From an uncultured Acidobacteriota bacterium (GTDB taxonomy: Bacteria > Acidobacteriota > Thermoanaerobaculia > Multivoradales > UBA5704), in NCBI GenBank assembly GCA_963770895.1, contig CAVYRF010000002.1, positions 5,568,001-5,632,000 of the forward strand: a stretch of 64,000 nt of DNA, written 5' to 3'. This document shows positions 54,001 through 64,000 of this stretch, piece by piece. Each line of letters begins with the position of its first letter. Position 1 is the first letter of the stretch. The translations under genes were made by a program, and so were the position numbers. The notes under the pieces were generated by a model. The model was not told the DNA's origin. It made no database searches and saw only the letters and a program-made list of their open reading frames with translations.

Positions 54001-57000
54001 ATGCGGAGCGATTCCGCCAAGTTCGATCTCAGCCTGGCGCTGTCGCACGACCTGACGGGCACGCTGACGTTCGCGAGCGACCTGTTCGATCGCGCCACGG
54101 TGCTGCGGTGGAGCGAGAGCCTGGCGCTGCTGTTGGAAGGCATGGCGGCGGACCCCGGCGCCCCGGTGATGCAGCTGCCGGTCCTGGCCGCCGGGGAGCG
54201 CGCCCAGCTTATCCACCAGTGGAACGACACCGCCGTCGCCCTGCCGCCCTTGCTGTTGCACGACTTGGTCGCGGCCCAGGTGGCGCGCACCCCGGATGCG
54301 ATCGCCGCGGAGTTTGACGACCGCTGCATGAGCTACGCGGAGCTGGGCTTCCAGGCCGCCGGCCGAGCCCGGAGCCTGCGCGAGCTTGGAGTGGGCATCG
54401 ACACCCCGGTGGCGGTCGCCGCCGAGCGCGACCCTGACGTTGTGGTAGCCCTCTTGGCCGTGCTGACGGTTGGCGGCGTCTGCCTGCCCCTCGATCCAGC
54501 GCTGCCGGACCATCGCCTGCGCGAAATGACCACTGCCGCCGGCACCACTCTCCTCCTGGCGCAAGAGAGCCTTCGCGACCGATGCGAGCCTTTCTGTCCT
54601 CAGGTGCTTGCGCTCGACGGTCCGGTGAGAACGGAGAGAACCTCGGCCCGCGGCGACTGGGTTGCGAAGCCGGGTGGCGTCGATGGAGCGGCCCGCCAAA
54701 CGAACCGTGGAACCGCCGGCGTAGTGGCCGTGGACACGGGCCAGGTGGCCGCCGACGCAGGGGCTCGCGAAACGAGCCAGATGGCCGGCGATGCCGCGGC
54801 AAGCAAAACGGGTCAGGACGCCGCCGATGCAGCGGCTGGCAAAACGGCCCAGGTGGCCGCCGATGGGGCGACCGGCGAGACGGGCCAGGGCGCCGCTGAT
54901 ATGGGCGATACGGCGGCGCAGCGGACGCGCGTCACGGCCGACGGCGATGCGCTCGCTTACATCCTGTATACCTCGGGGTCGACCGGGCGGCCGAAGGGGG
55001 TGGGGCTTTCGCACCGCGCTTTGGTCAATCGGCTACTTTGGGCACAGGCGGAGTATCCGCTGCGCCCGGATGACCGGGTGCTGCAGATCGCCGGGTGCGG
55101 ATTTGACTTCGCGGTGTGGGAGACGTTTGCGCCGCTGATCGCCGGCGCCCGGCTGGTGTTGGCGCGGCCGGGCGGGCAGCAGGACCCCGCCTACCTGGTG
55201 GCGACCTTGCGCGAGCGCGGGATCACCATCGCCCACTTCATCCCGTCGATGCTGCAGCTGGTCCTGGACGAACCGGGGCTTTCCGCGTGCACTGGGTTGC
55301 GCCACCTGTTTTCGGGTGGCGAGGCGCTGCCGGCGGCGCTGCGGGACCGCACGCTGGCGGTGGTGCCTGGTGCCATCCTGTGGAACCAGTACGGCCCCAC
55401 CGAGGCGACGGTGGACGCCACCTTCCACCGCTGCGGCGGCGGTGGGCGAGTGGACGACCAGGGGGCGGGGCTGCCGGCGACCGCCGCGGCGGAATGCTGC
55501 GGCGTTGCATCGGACGCCTGGACGGTGCCGATCGGCGGGCCGGTTGCCAACACCCAGGTCCACCTGTTGGATGGCGGCCTGCGACCGGTGCCGATCGGCT
55601 GGCCGGGCGAGATCCATATCGGCGGCACGGCGTTGGCGCGAGGCTACCTGGGCCAGGCCGATTGGACCGCCGAGCGCTTTGTGCCCGATCCGTTTGCCGG
55701 CGAGCCCGGCGGCCGGCTCTATCGCAGCGGCGACCAGGCGCGGCGGCGCGCGGACGGCGCGATCGAATTTGTCGGCCGCGCCGATCGCCAGGTCAAGGTG
55801 CGCGGCTTCCGCGTGGAATTGGGCGAGGTGGAGGCAGCGCTGGCGGCGCTCGCCGGCGTGTGCGAGGCGGCGGTGGTGGCGCCGGGCGGCGAACGGCTGG
55901 TGGCGTGCGTGGTGGCGGAGGGGGCCACGGTGGGCGAACTGCGGCGGGCGCTGGCCCAACGGCTGCCGGCGGCGATGGTCCCGGCCGCTTTCGTGTTGCT
56001 GCCGTCGCTGCCCAGGACGCCCAACGGCAAGGTGGACCGCCGGGCGCTGGCGGCGCTGCTGGCCGATGCCCCGCCAACGCCGGGAGAGCCGGGGGCGCCG
56101 GCGGTGCCAGGGGACATCGCGCCGCGGTCGCCGGCGGAAGAGCTGCTGGCCGGTCTGTTCGGCCAGCTCCTGGGGCGCGCGGACGTCGGCGTCCAGGACG
56201 ACTTCTTCGAGCTGGGCGGCCACTCCCTGCTGGCGGTGCGCCTGGTGGCGCAGGTGCGCCACGTGTTCGGCGTGGAGCTGGGGGTGCGGTCGGTCTTCGA
56301 GGCGCCGACGGTCGCGGCGCTGGCCGTGCGCGTCGAGCAGGCGGCGCGGCTTGATCGTCCGGCACCGCCGCCGCTGGTCCGCGTGCCGCGCCCGGCGCCG
56401 CCGCCGCACGCCGGCGGGGCGCCGGCGCCCGCCGCCGCGACGGTCGTGCCGCTGTCGTTTGCGCAGGAGCGCCTCTGGTTTCTCGAGCAGCTGGAGCCCG
56501 GCACGGCGCAATACAACATCCCGGCGGCGCTGCGCCTGCGCGGCAGCGTGTCGCCGGCGGTCCTGGCGCGGGCCTTCACCGAGGTGGTGCGCCGGCACGA
56601 GGTGCTGCGGTCGCGCTTCGTGGCCACCGACCCGCCCGCGGCGGAGGTCGCCCCCGCCGCGGCGCTGCCGCTGCCGCTGATCGACCTGGGCGGGCTCGCC
56701 GCGGCGCCTTCCGCGGCCGGGCGCGAGCTGGCGCGGCTGGCGCGGGAAGAGGCGCGGCGGCCGTTCGACCTGGCGCGCGGCCCGCGAGCTGAGGCGAGTG
56801 CCGGCCGGCCACCGCGGCCGGCCGGCCGAGCTGAGGCGAGTGCCGGCGGGCCACCGCGGTCCGCCGGCCGAGCTGAGGCGAGTGCCGGCTGGCCACCGCG
56901 GCCGGAAGGCCTGCTGCGGGCGCGGCTGGTGCAGCTGGGGCCCGCCGACCGGGTGCTGCTGTGCACCTTGCACCACGCGGTGGCGGACGGCGCCTCGCTG

Positions 57001-60000
57001 GGTGTCCTGGTGCGCGAGGTGTCGGCGCTGTATGCCACGTTCGCCGCGGGGCTGCCGCCGGCGCTGGCCGAGCTGCCGGTCCAGTACGGCGACTACGCGG
57101 CGTGGCAGCGGTCGTGGCTGGCGGGGGAGCGGCTGGAGCGGGAGGTGGAGGGGTGGCGCGAGCGGCTCGCGGGGGCGCCGCCGGTCGTGGCGCTGCCGCT
57201 GGACCGCCAGCGGCCGGCGGTTGCGAGCCACCGCGGTGCGAGCCTGGCGGTGCGGCTGCGGCCCGAGCTGCGGCAGGCGCTGGCGGCGGCGGGGCGCCGC
57301 CACGGCGCGACCCTTTTCATGACGGTGCTGGCGGGCTTCCAGGCCTTGCTGGCGCGCTGCGGCGGCGAGCGCGACGTGGTTGTCGGGACGCCGGTCGCGG
57401 GGCGCTCGCACCTGGAGCTGGAGGGCCTCATCGGCCTGTTCGTCAATACGCTGGCGCTGCGCACCGACCTGACCGGCCAGCCCGGCGTGGGCCAGACGCT
57501 GGCGCGGGCGCGGGAGGCGGCGCTGTGGGCGTACGGACACGCCGAGCTGCCGTTCGAACGGCTGGTGGAGGCGCTGGCGCCGCAACGCAGCCTGGCGCAC
57601 GCGCCGCTGGTCCAGGCGATGCTGTCGCTGGAGGAGGAGCCGCCGGGCACGCTGCGGCTGGGGGACGTCCAGGCTACCGCCCTGCAGGTCCACTCGGCCA
57701 CGGCGAAGCTCGACCTGCTGCTGGCGCTGGGCGGCGACCTGACGGGCTCGATCGAATATGCCACCGACCTTTTCGACCGCGCCACCATCGAACGCTTCGT
57801 GCGCCACCTGGAGCGCCTGCTGGGCGGCGTCGCCGCGGATGCGCCCGGCCCCCTGGCGGAGCTGCCGCTGCTGGAGGAGGCCGAGCAGGCGCAGCTGCTG
57901 CGGGAGTGGAACGACACCGCGGCGCCGGCCGGCGAAGGCTGCCTGCATGAGATGTTCGCCGCGCAGGCGGCGCGCACTCCCGCGGCCGTTGCGGTGGCGG
58001 TGGCGGGCGGCGAGCGGCTGACCTATGCCGGGCTGGCGGCGCGGGTCGCGGCCCTGGCGGAGGTGCTGCGCGGCCACGGCGTCGGCCCCGAGGTGCGGGT
58101 GGGGGTCCTGCTGCCGCGCGACGCCGACCTGCTGGTGACCCTGCTGGCCGTGCTGCAGGCGGGGGGCGCCTACGTGGGGCTCGACCCGGCCTATCCGCGC
58201 CCGCGGCTGGCCTGGATGGTCCAGGACTCGGCGGCGGCGCTGGTGGTGACGCGCGGCGGCCTGGCCGCGTTGGTCGCAGGGAGCGGCGCTCCGGTGGTGC
58301 GGCTCGAAGCGCTGGCGGCGCTCGCAGGAGGCACAGGGAGCGCAGGGGTGGCGGCGCCGGCAGCGGCTGGAGCGGACGCCGCGGCGGTCGCCGGCGCGCC
58401 GCGCGCCGCCGTGCCGCAGAACCTGGCGTACCTGATCTATACCTCGGGCTCGACCGGCCGCCCCAAGGCGGTGGGGATCGAGCATCGCAGCGCGGTGGCG
58501 CTGGTGGCCTGGGCGCAGCGCACCTACGCCGCCGCGGAGCTGGCGAGCGTGGCTGCGACGACGTCGGTGTGCTTCGACCTGTCGGTGTTCGAGCTGTTCG
58601 TGCCGCTCGCGACCGGCGGCCGGGTGGTGCTGCTGGCCGACGCCCTGGCGTTGGCCGGGCTGCCGGCCGACGACGCGGTGACGGGGGTGACGCTGCTCAA
58701 CACCGTGCCTTCGGCGGTGGCGGCGCTGGTGCAGGCCGGGTCGCTGCCGCCGTCGGTGCGCACCGTCAACCTGGCGGGCGAGGCACTGTCGGGGAGCCTG
58801 GCGGATCGGCTGTACGGCGCGGCAGCGGTGGCGCGGGTGGTGAATCTTTACGGTCCGTCCGAGGACACCACGTATTCGACCTGCAAGGAGGTGGCGCGGC
58901 AGCGGCCGGGCGAGCCGACGATCGGCCGCCCGCTGGACAACCGGCACGCCCGCGTGCTGGATGCGGCGGGCCTGGCGGTGGCGCCGGGGATCGCCGGCGA
59001 GCTGTGCCTGGGCGGCCGCGGCCTGGCCCGCGGCTACCTGGGGCGCCCCGACCTGACGGCGGACCGCTTCGTCCCCGACGCCTGGGGCGGCGAGCCGGGG
59101 GCGCGCCTCTATCGCACCGGCGACCTGGCCCGCCACCGGCCGGACGGCGAGCTGGAATTCCTCGGCCGCCGCGATCACCAGGTGAAGGTGCGCGGCTTCC
59201 GCATCGAGCTGGGCGAGGTCGAGGCCGCCCTGGCCGCGCTGCCCGGCGTGCGCGAGGCGGCGGTGGTGGCGGCGCCGGAGAGCGATCGGCTGGTCGCCTA
59301 CGTGGTCACCGACCACACCGCCGGCGCGACGCCCACGGCGGCGGCCGCTGCCGGCGACCTGCGCCGGGCGCTGGCCGCCCGGTTGCCCGCGGCGCTGGTC
59401 CCGGCAGCCATCGCGTTTTCCGCGGCGCTGCCGCGCACGCCCAACGGCAAGGTCGACCGCAAAGCGCTGGCCGCCGCGGCGCCCGGTGCCGCAGCCGGCG
59501 GCGGCGGCCTGCCGCTGGCGCCGGCCGCGCCGCGCGACGAGCTGGAGCTGGCTCTGCACGGCGTCTGGGAAGAGGTGCTGGGCGCGCGCGGCGCGATCGG
59601 CATTCGCGACCACTTCTTCGACCTGGGCGGTCATTCGCTGCTGGCGGTGCGCCTGGTGGCGCGCGTGCGCCAGCGCCTGGGCGCCCAGATCAGCCTGGCC
59701 AGCCTGTTTGTCGACGGCACCGTCGAGCGCCAGGCGGCGCTGCTGCGGCAGGGCGGCGGCATGCCGGCGGGCGCCGCGGCGGCTGGGGCGCCGGCGCGCT
59801 CGCTGGTCCAGGTGCGGGCCGGCGGCGGGACGCCCCCCTTCGTCTGCGTCCACCCGGTCGGCGGGAGCGTGCTGTGCTACTTCGAGCTGGCGCGGCGGCT
59901 GGACGCGGCGACCCCATCCGGCCGCCCGTTCTGGGGCTTGCAGGCGCCGCCGGCGCCGCCCGCGTTGCAGCCGGCAGCGATATCGGTGGAGGAGATGGCG

Positions 60001-60714
60001 GACCGCTACCTGGCCGAGCTGCGCGCCGCGCAGCCGGACGGCCCCTACCTGCTCGGCGGCTGGTCGATGGGGGCGCTGGTCGCCTTCGAGATGGCGCGCC
60101 GCCTGCGCCAGGCCGGCCGGCCGGTGGCGGCGCTGGTGCTGCTCGACCCGCCGCCGGCGGCTCGCCCAAGCGGCGCGGCGGCGCCGGCGGAGCTGGAGCC
60201 GGCGCAGGCATCCATCGCGCTGCTTGCCAGCTTTGCGCGCGACCTGGCGGCGCTCGGCGGCCTGGAGGCGCCGGGTGTTGCGGCGGACCTGGAGCGGCCG
60301 GAGCAGCTCGCAGAGACGCTGCGCGCGGCGACCGATGCGGACGATGCCGTCCGGCGCCTGTGCGCCTGGGCGCGGCGCACCGGCGCCCTGCCCTCCTACG
60401 TCGGCGACGGCCTGGTGCGCGAGCTGTCGCAGGTGTTCCTGGCCAACCTGGCCGCCGCCCGCGCATACAGGCCCGCGGTCTACGACGGCGCCTGCGACCT
60501 GCTGCTCGCCGCCGGCACCGCCGATGCCAGCAGTGCCGGCAGTGCCAGCGGTGGCACCGGCGCCGCCGCCGATCTCTCGCGCGGCTGGGCGCGCTACGCC
60601 ACCGGCGGCGTGCGCATCACGGCGGTGCCGGGCGGTCACTACGGCCTGCTGCGCCAGCCGGATGCCGCCTGCTGGGCGGCGGCCCTGGCCCAGGCGCTTT
60701 CCACCAGCCTATGA
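48019..60714 (+). CDS. Phosphotransferase-fused NRPS: APH-like kinase-TubC_N dock-C-A(Ser)-T-C-A(X)-T-C-A(Ala)-T-TE, about 4231 aa
   Basis: GTG overlaps the upstream TGA. Kinase HKDLEPDN and IDFAD; docking LRSRGVKLWVEGDRLRYSAP; manual codes DVWHMSLIDK (Ser-like), DFWHFGQVDK and DLFNNALTYK (Ala); TE GWSMG. Confidence 0.9.
54736..54909 (+). repeat. About five degenerate 36-bp tandem repeats inside A domain 4
   Basis: TGQVAADAGARE/TSQMAGDAAASK/TGQDAADAAAGK/TAQVAADGATGE/TGQGAADMGD. Confidence 0.75.
56785..56910 (+). repeat. Three 42-bp tandem repeats inside C domain 5
   Basis: CGAGCTGAGGCGAGTGCCGGC.. starts at 56785, 56827 and 56869 (RAEASAGxPPRxxG). A single related copy lies at 53050-53091 in C4. 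Confidence 0.85.
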
Positions 60715-62450
60715 AGGCCATCGGCACTCTGCTCGGCTTCCTCTACCGGCAGGCGCGCGGCCTGGCCAGCCTGGCGATCGCGGCCGGCCTGGTGAGCGGC
60801 GCCGCCGGCGCGGCGCAGCTCGCCATCCTCAACGCCGCGATCGACCAGGACGACGCGCACCGCCGGCTGGCGCTGTTCGCCGGCTTCGCGGCGCTGCTGC
60901 TGGTCGCTCCCGCCTCCCGGCTGGTCTGCCAATACCTGATGGTGAAGCTCGGCCAGGACGTGGTGTACGACCTGCGGCTGCGCCTGGCCGGCCTCATCGT
61001 GTCGGCGCCGCTGGCGCACCTGGAGCGGCTCGGCCCGAGCAAGCTGCTGGCGGCGCTCACCGACGACACCAGCGCCATCACCGAGGCGCTCATCGTGGTG
61101 CCGGAGGTGGCCAGCAACGGCGCCCTCTTCCTGGCCGGGCTGGTCTACCTGGGCTGGCTGTCGCCGCTGCTGCTGACGGCCTTCCTGACACTCTTCGTGC
61201 CGGTCCTGGTGCTCTACCGGTTCCCCGTCGCCAGCGCGTTCGAGCGCTACCGGCTGGCGCGGGAAGAGCAGGACGTCCTGTACGGCGCCTTCACCGGCGT
61301 CACTGCCGGCGCCAAGGAGCTGAAGCTGAACGCCGAGCGGCGCGCCGCCTTCTTCGGCCGGCTGGCGGCCACTGCCGGCGGCCTGCGCCGCCTGTTCGTG
61401 CGCGCCAACGTCACGCTCGCCGCGGCCGTCGCGGGCGCCTGGACGTTCTTCATGGCCGCGGTCGGATTGATCCTGTTCGGCGCGCCGCTGGTGCGCCCGG
61501 TGCCGCGGCAGACCCTGGTGGGGTACGCGCTGGTGCTGCTGTTCCTGCGCGGGCCGCTGCAGCTGGTGGTGGGGTCGTTTACGGCTCTCGGCCGCGGCGG
61601 CGTCGGGCTGCGCAAGCTCGAACGCCTGGGCTTCGAGATGCGGCAGTCCGCCGAGGCGGCCGAGCCCGCGGCGCCGGCCGCCGCCGGCCGTGCCGTCGCG
61701 GCTGCCGGTGCTGCCGGAGCCGCCGCCGGGTGGCGCCGGCTGGACCTGGAAGGCGTGACGTTCAGCTTCCATCGCGAGGACGGCGAAGCGGACTTCCTGC
61801 TGGGACCGGTCGACCTGACGCTGCGGCCGGGCGAGCTGGTCTTCCTGATCGGCGCCAACGGCAGCGGCAAGACCAGCTTCGCCAAGCTCCTGGCCGGCCT
61901 GTACGAGCCTGCCACCGGCGAGATCCGCTGGGACGGCGAGCGCGTCGACCGCGCCGGCCTGGACCGCTACCGGCAGAACTTTTCCGCCGTGTTCCACGAT
62001 TTCTATCTCTTCGCCGAGCTGCCCGGCGCGGCGCGGCCGGACCTGGCCGAGGTGTCGCGGCGCTACCTGCGCGACCTGCACCTGACGGGCAAGGTCGAGA
62101 TCGCCGACGGCCGGCTGTCGACGACCGACCTGTCGCAGGGGCAGCGCAAGCGCCTCGCCCTGCTCGCCGCGTACCTGGAGGACCGGCCGATCTACCTGTT
62201 CGACGAGTGGGCGGCGGACCAGGACCCCTACTTCAAGGAGGTGTTCTATCGCCGCATCGTGCCGCGGCTGCGGGAGGCCGGCAAGACGGTCGTGGTGATC
62301 AGCCACGACGACCGCTATTTCGACGTCGCCGACCGCATCGTCCGCTTCGACGAAGGGCGTGTCTCCTTCGGCGGTCCGGCGACACCTGCAAAGATAGGGA
62401 GCTCAATCGACGCTTCATCAACTACAATGCACGAACGAGAGTGCGTATGA
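60711..62450 (+). CDS. Cyclic peptide export ABC transporter (SyrD/PvdE/YojI family)
   Basis: ATGA overlap; GAKELKLN; Walker A GANGSGKT; FSAVFHDFYLF; LSQGQRKRLALL..LFDEWAADQDP. Confidence 0.92.
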   Translation: MKAIGTLLGFLYRQARGLASLAIAAGLVSGAAGAAQLAILNAAIDQDDAHRRLALFAGFAALLLVAPASRLVCQYLMVKLGQDVVYDLRLRLAGLIVSAPLAHLERLGPSKLLAALTDDTSAITEALIVVPEVASNGALFLAGLVYLGWLSPLLLTAFLTLFVPVLVLYRFPVASAFERYRLAREEQDVLYGAFTGVTAGAKELKLNAERRAAFFGRLAATAGGLRRLFVRANVTLAAAVAGAWTFFMAAVGLILFGAPLVRPVPRQTLVGYALVLLFLRGPLQLVVGSFTALGRGGVGLRKLERLGFEMRQSAEAAEPAAPAAAGRAVAAAGAAGAAAGWRRLDLEGVTFSFHREDGEADFLLGPVDLTLRPGELVFLIGANGSGKTSFAKLLAGLYEPATGEIRWDGERVDRAGLDRYRQNFSAVFHDFYLFAELPGAARPDLAEVSRRYLRDLHLTGKVEIADGRLSTTDLSQGQRKRLALLAAYLEDRPIYLFDEWAADQDPYFKEVFYRRIVPRLREAGKTVVVISHDDRYFDVADRIVRFDEGRVSFGGPATPAKIGSSIDASSTTMHERECV

Positions 62451-63733
62451 ATGCTTCAGGCCGCATGCAAATGGCGCTGTTCCGAGCCCGCGACGTCTGG
62501 CGGCAGGCGGTCGGCGCCGTCGTCGAACGGCAGGACCGGCGGGAGTTCGCGGCGTTCCACCGCGGCCTGGTGCGGCGCCAGGACATTCTCTACATGTTCT
62601 TCACCAGCGACCTGCTGCACTGGCTGGACCGGGCGCTCGCCTGCGTGCCGCCGGCGGTCAACCTGGTGCTGATCGGCTCGGACCTGTCGGCGGATGAACT
62701 GGCGTGGATCCGTTCGCGCTACCGCCGGCCGTTCCACCACATCCGCTCGCGGGTGGACGACAACACCGTGCTGGACCTCGCCTTCCGGGCGGCGGCGGGC
62801 AACTTCGGCTGGCTGCACGTCGACTGCTTCGTGCTCAACCCGCGGCTCTTCCAGGAGATGGCCGACCTGCCCGACGACGTGGTAGCCAACTGCATCTGGT
62901 CGCACCCGGCGGCGCCGAGCGCAACCGGTGCGCACGATGGCCCCGGTGCGTCGAGCGCGGACGGCGCCCAGGCCCTGCACTCGGCCTTCGTCTTCATCAA
63001 CTACGGCGTGATCCGGGCGCTGCGCCGGCGCGGCCTGCTGCCGTCGCCGTGCAGCCACCACTACCAGGGCGCCGCGACGGGGCGCACGGTCACCCGCCGC
63101 AAGCTCTACAGCCGGGTGCCGCGGCGGCGCCACGTCGCCCAGCTGGCGCGGGTGCTGCCGCCCGGCGCCGACGGGCTGCCGCAGTATCCGCAGCGGGGCA
63201 ACTATTTCCAGGTTCTTGTCGTATTTCAGCTGGTAGCGAACGCGCTCGGCTACCGCCTCCGCCAGGTGCGCGATCTGCGGCGCGACGGCACCGGCTCGGC
63301 GGCCAACTTCTCGAACGAGATCGTGCATGTCAACGGCGTCGCCACCTACAAGTCGTACCGCGACGATGCGACGACCATCGGCGGGCGTTTCTACCCGCTG
63401 TTGCTGCAGGCGGACTACGTGATGCTGGCGGCGCTGGGAGACGACGTGCCGCCGCGCTACCGCCAGCTGCGCGGTGAGCTGGAAACCGAGCTGACCCGCC
63501 TGCGCATCCCGGTGCGGGCGGCACGGCGCAACCTCGGCGCCTTTCTGGCTGAGCGCGGCATCGCCCCCGATCGCGCGGCACTCATCCTCGGCAAGCCCGA
63601 AGCATCCGAAGCGCCGGTAGCGCCCGCAACACCCCTGGCGCCCCTTGCAGTCACCGCGCCCGAAGCGAGCCCCGAAGCACACCGGGAACCTGCCCTGGCC
63701 GGCAGGACTTCCGTACAGGAGACACATCGATGA
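62447..63733 (+). CDS. Hypothetical protein, possibly GT-A glycosyltransferase-like, 428 aa
   Basis: ATGA overlaps at both ends. NFGWLHVDCFVLNP resembles a GT-A DxD strand, followed by HSAFVFIN and a late IVHVNG. Confidence 0.6.
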   Translation: MNASGRMQMALFRARDVWRQAVGAVVERQDRREFAAFHRGLVRRQDILYMFFTSDLLHWLDRALACVPPAVNLVLIGSDLSADELAWIRSRYRRPFHHIRSRVDDNTVLDLAFRAAAGNFGWLHVDCFVLNPRLFQEMADLPDDVVANCIWSHPAAPSATGAHDGPGASSADGAQALHSAFVFINYGVIRALRRRGLLPSPCSHHYQGAATGRTVTRRKLYSRVPRRRHVAQLARVLPPGADGLPQYPQRGNYFQVLVVFQLVANALGYRLRQVRDLRRDGTGSAANFSNEIVHVNGVATYKSYRDDATTIGGRFYPLLLQADYVMLAALGDDVPPRYRQLRGELETELTRLRIPVRAARRNLGAFLAERGIAPDRAALILGKPEASEAPVAPATPLAPLAVTAPEASPEAHREPALAGRTSVQETHR

Positions 63734-64000
63734 GCCTCACCGCTTCGTTCCGCCAGGATCTGCGCTGGAGTCAGCACATGATGCGCCGCAACCTCGCTCT
63801 GACCGCGGCGGTCGTGCTCTCGCTCGGCATGACGATCGGCGCCAACACGGCTACTTTCAGCGTGCTCAATGCGTTCCTGCTGCGGCCGCTGTCGATCCAG
63901 GACGCCGACCGCGTGGTGCGCGTGCGTGAAAACCTGGCGGCGCCCGACAAGGCGCCGTCCCTGCGCAGCCTGACGGCGGCAAACTACGGCGCCTGGCGGG
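63730..64000 (+). CDS. ADOP-type ABC permease, 3' end truncated by the window edge
   Basis: MSLTASFRQDLRWSQHMMRRNLALTAAVVLSLGMTIGANTATFSVLNAFLLRPL; ATGA overlap with the upstream gene. Confidence 0.82.
   Translation, partial: MSLTASFRQDLRWSQHMMRRNLALTAAVVLSLGMTIGANTATFSVLNAFLLRPLSIQDADRVVRVRENLAAPDKAPSLRSLTAANYGAWR

Noticed and set aside
58569-62446. N-terminal extensions of the 1293-aa and 1415-aa ORFs, suggesting large fusions
   Set aside because: These are alternative-frame readthrough of real genes; the true starts are the ATGA overlaps at 60711 and 62447.

Overview
GC-rich bacterial DNA, probably Acidobacteriota and Thermoanaerobaculia-like. This is inferred from three ADOP-type duplicated orphan permeases, the DUF1800/DUF1501 pair and the leader style of a small RiPP precursor. 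The left part (1-27.6 kb) holds: DUF1800/DUF1501; a decaying toxin-antitoxin patch (intact vapBC plus remnants) with two copies of a ~280-bp multi-hairpin element; cspA; a beta-propeller protein; an orphan Cys/Thr-rich lanthipeptide-like precursor; YjbR; pirin; two ADOP permeases; two glycosyltransferases; a poly-HAMP hybrid kinase with a partner hybrid kinase; and an enoyl-CoA isomerase. The right part (27.8-64 kb) is a hybrid PKS-NRPS cluster that runs off the window edge. It starts with sbnB/sbnA (L-2,3-diaminopropionate supply), followed by a translationally coupled operon: a two-module PKS, a two-module NRPS (both A domains Dap/Dab-type), a three-module NRPS (Ser, unknown, Ala, TE), a SyrD/PvdE-type exporter, a GT-A-like unknown protein and an ADOP permease. 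The most unusual element is an APH/type II homoserine kinase-like phosphotransferase domain fused in frame to the N-terminus of the terminal NRPS, ahead of its docking domain. All domain calls and A-domain codes come from manual motif reading, not database searches.
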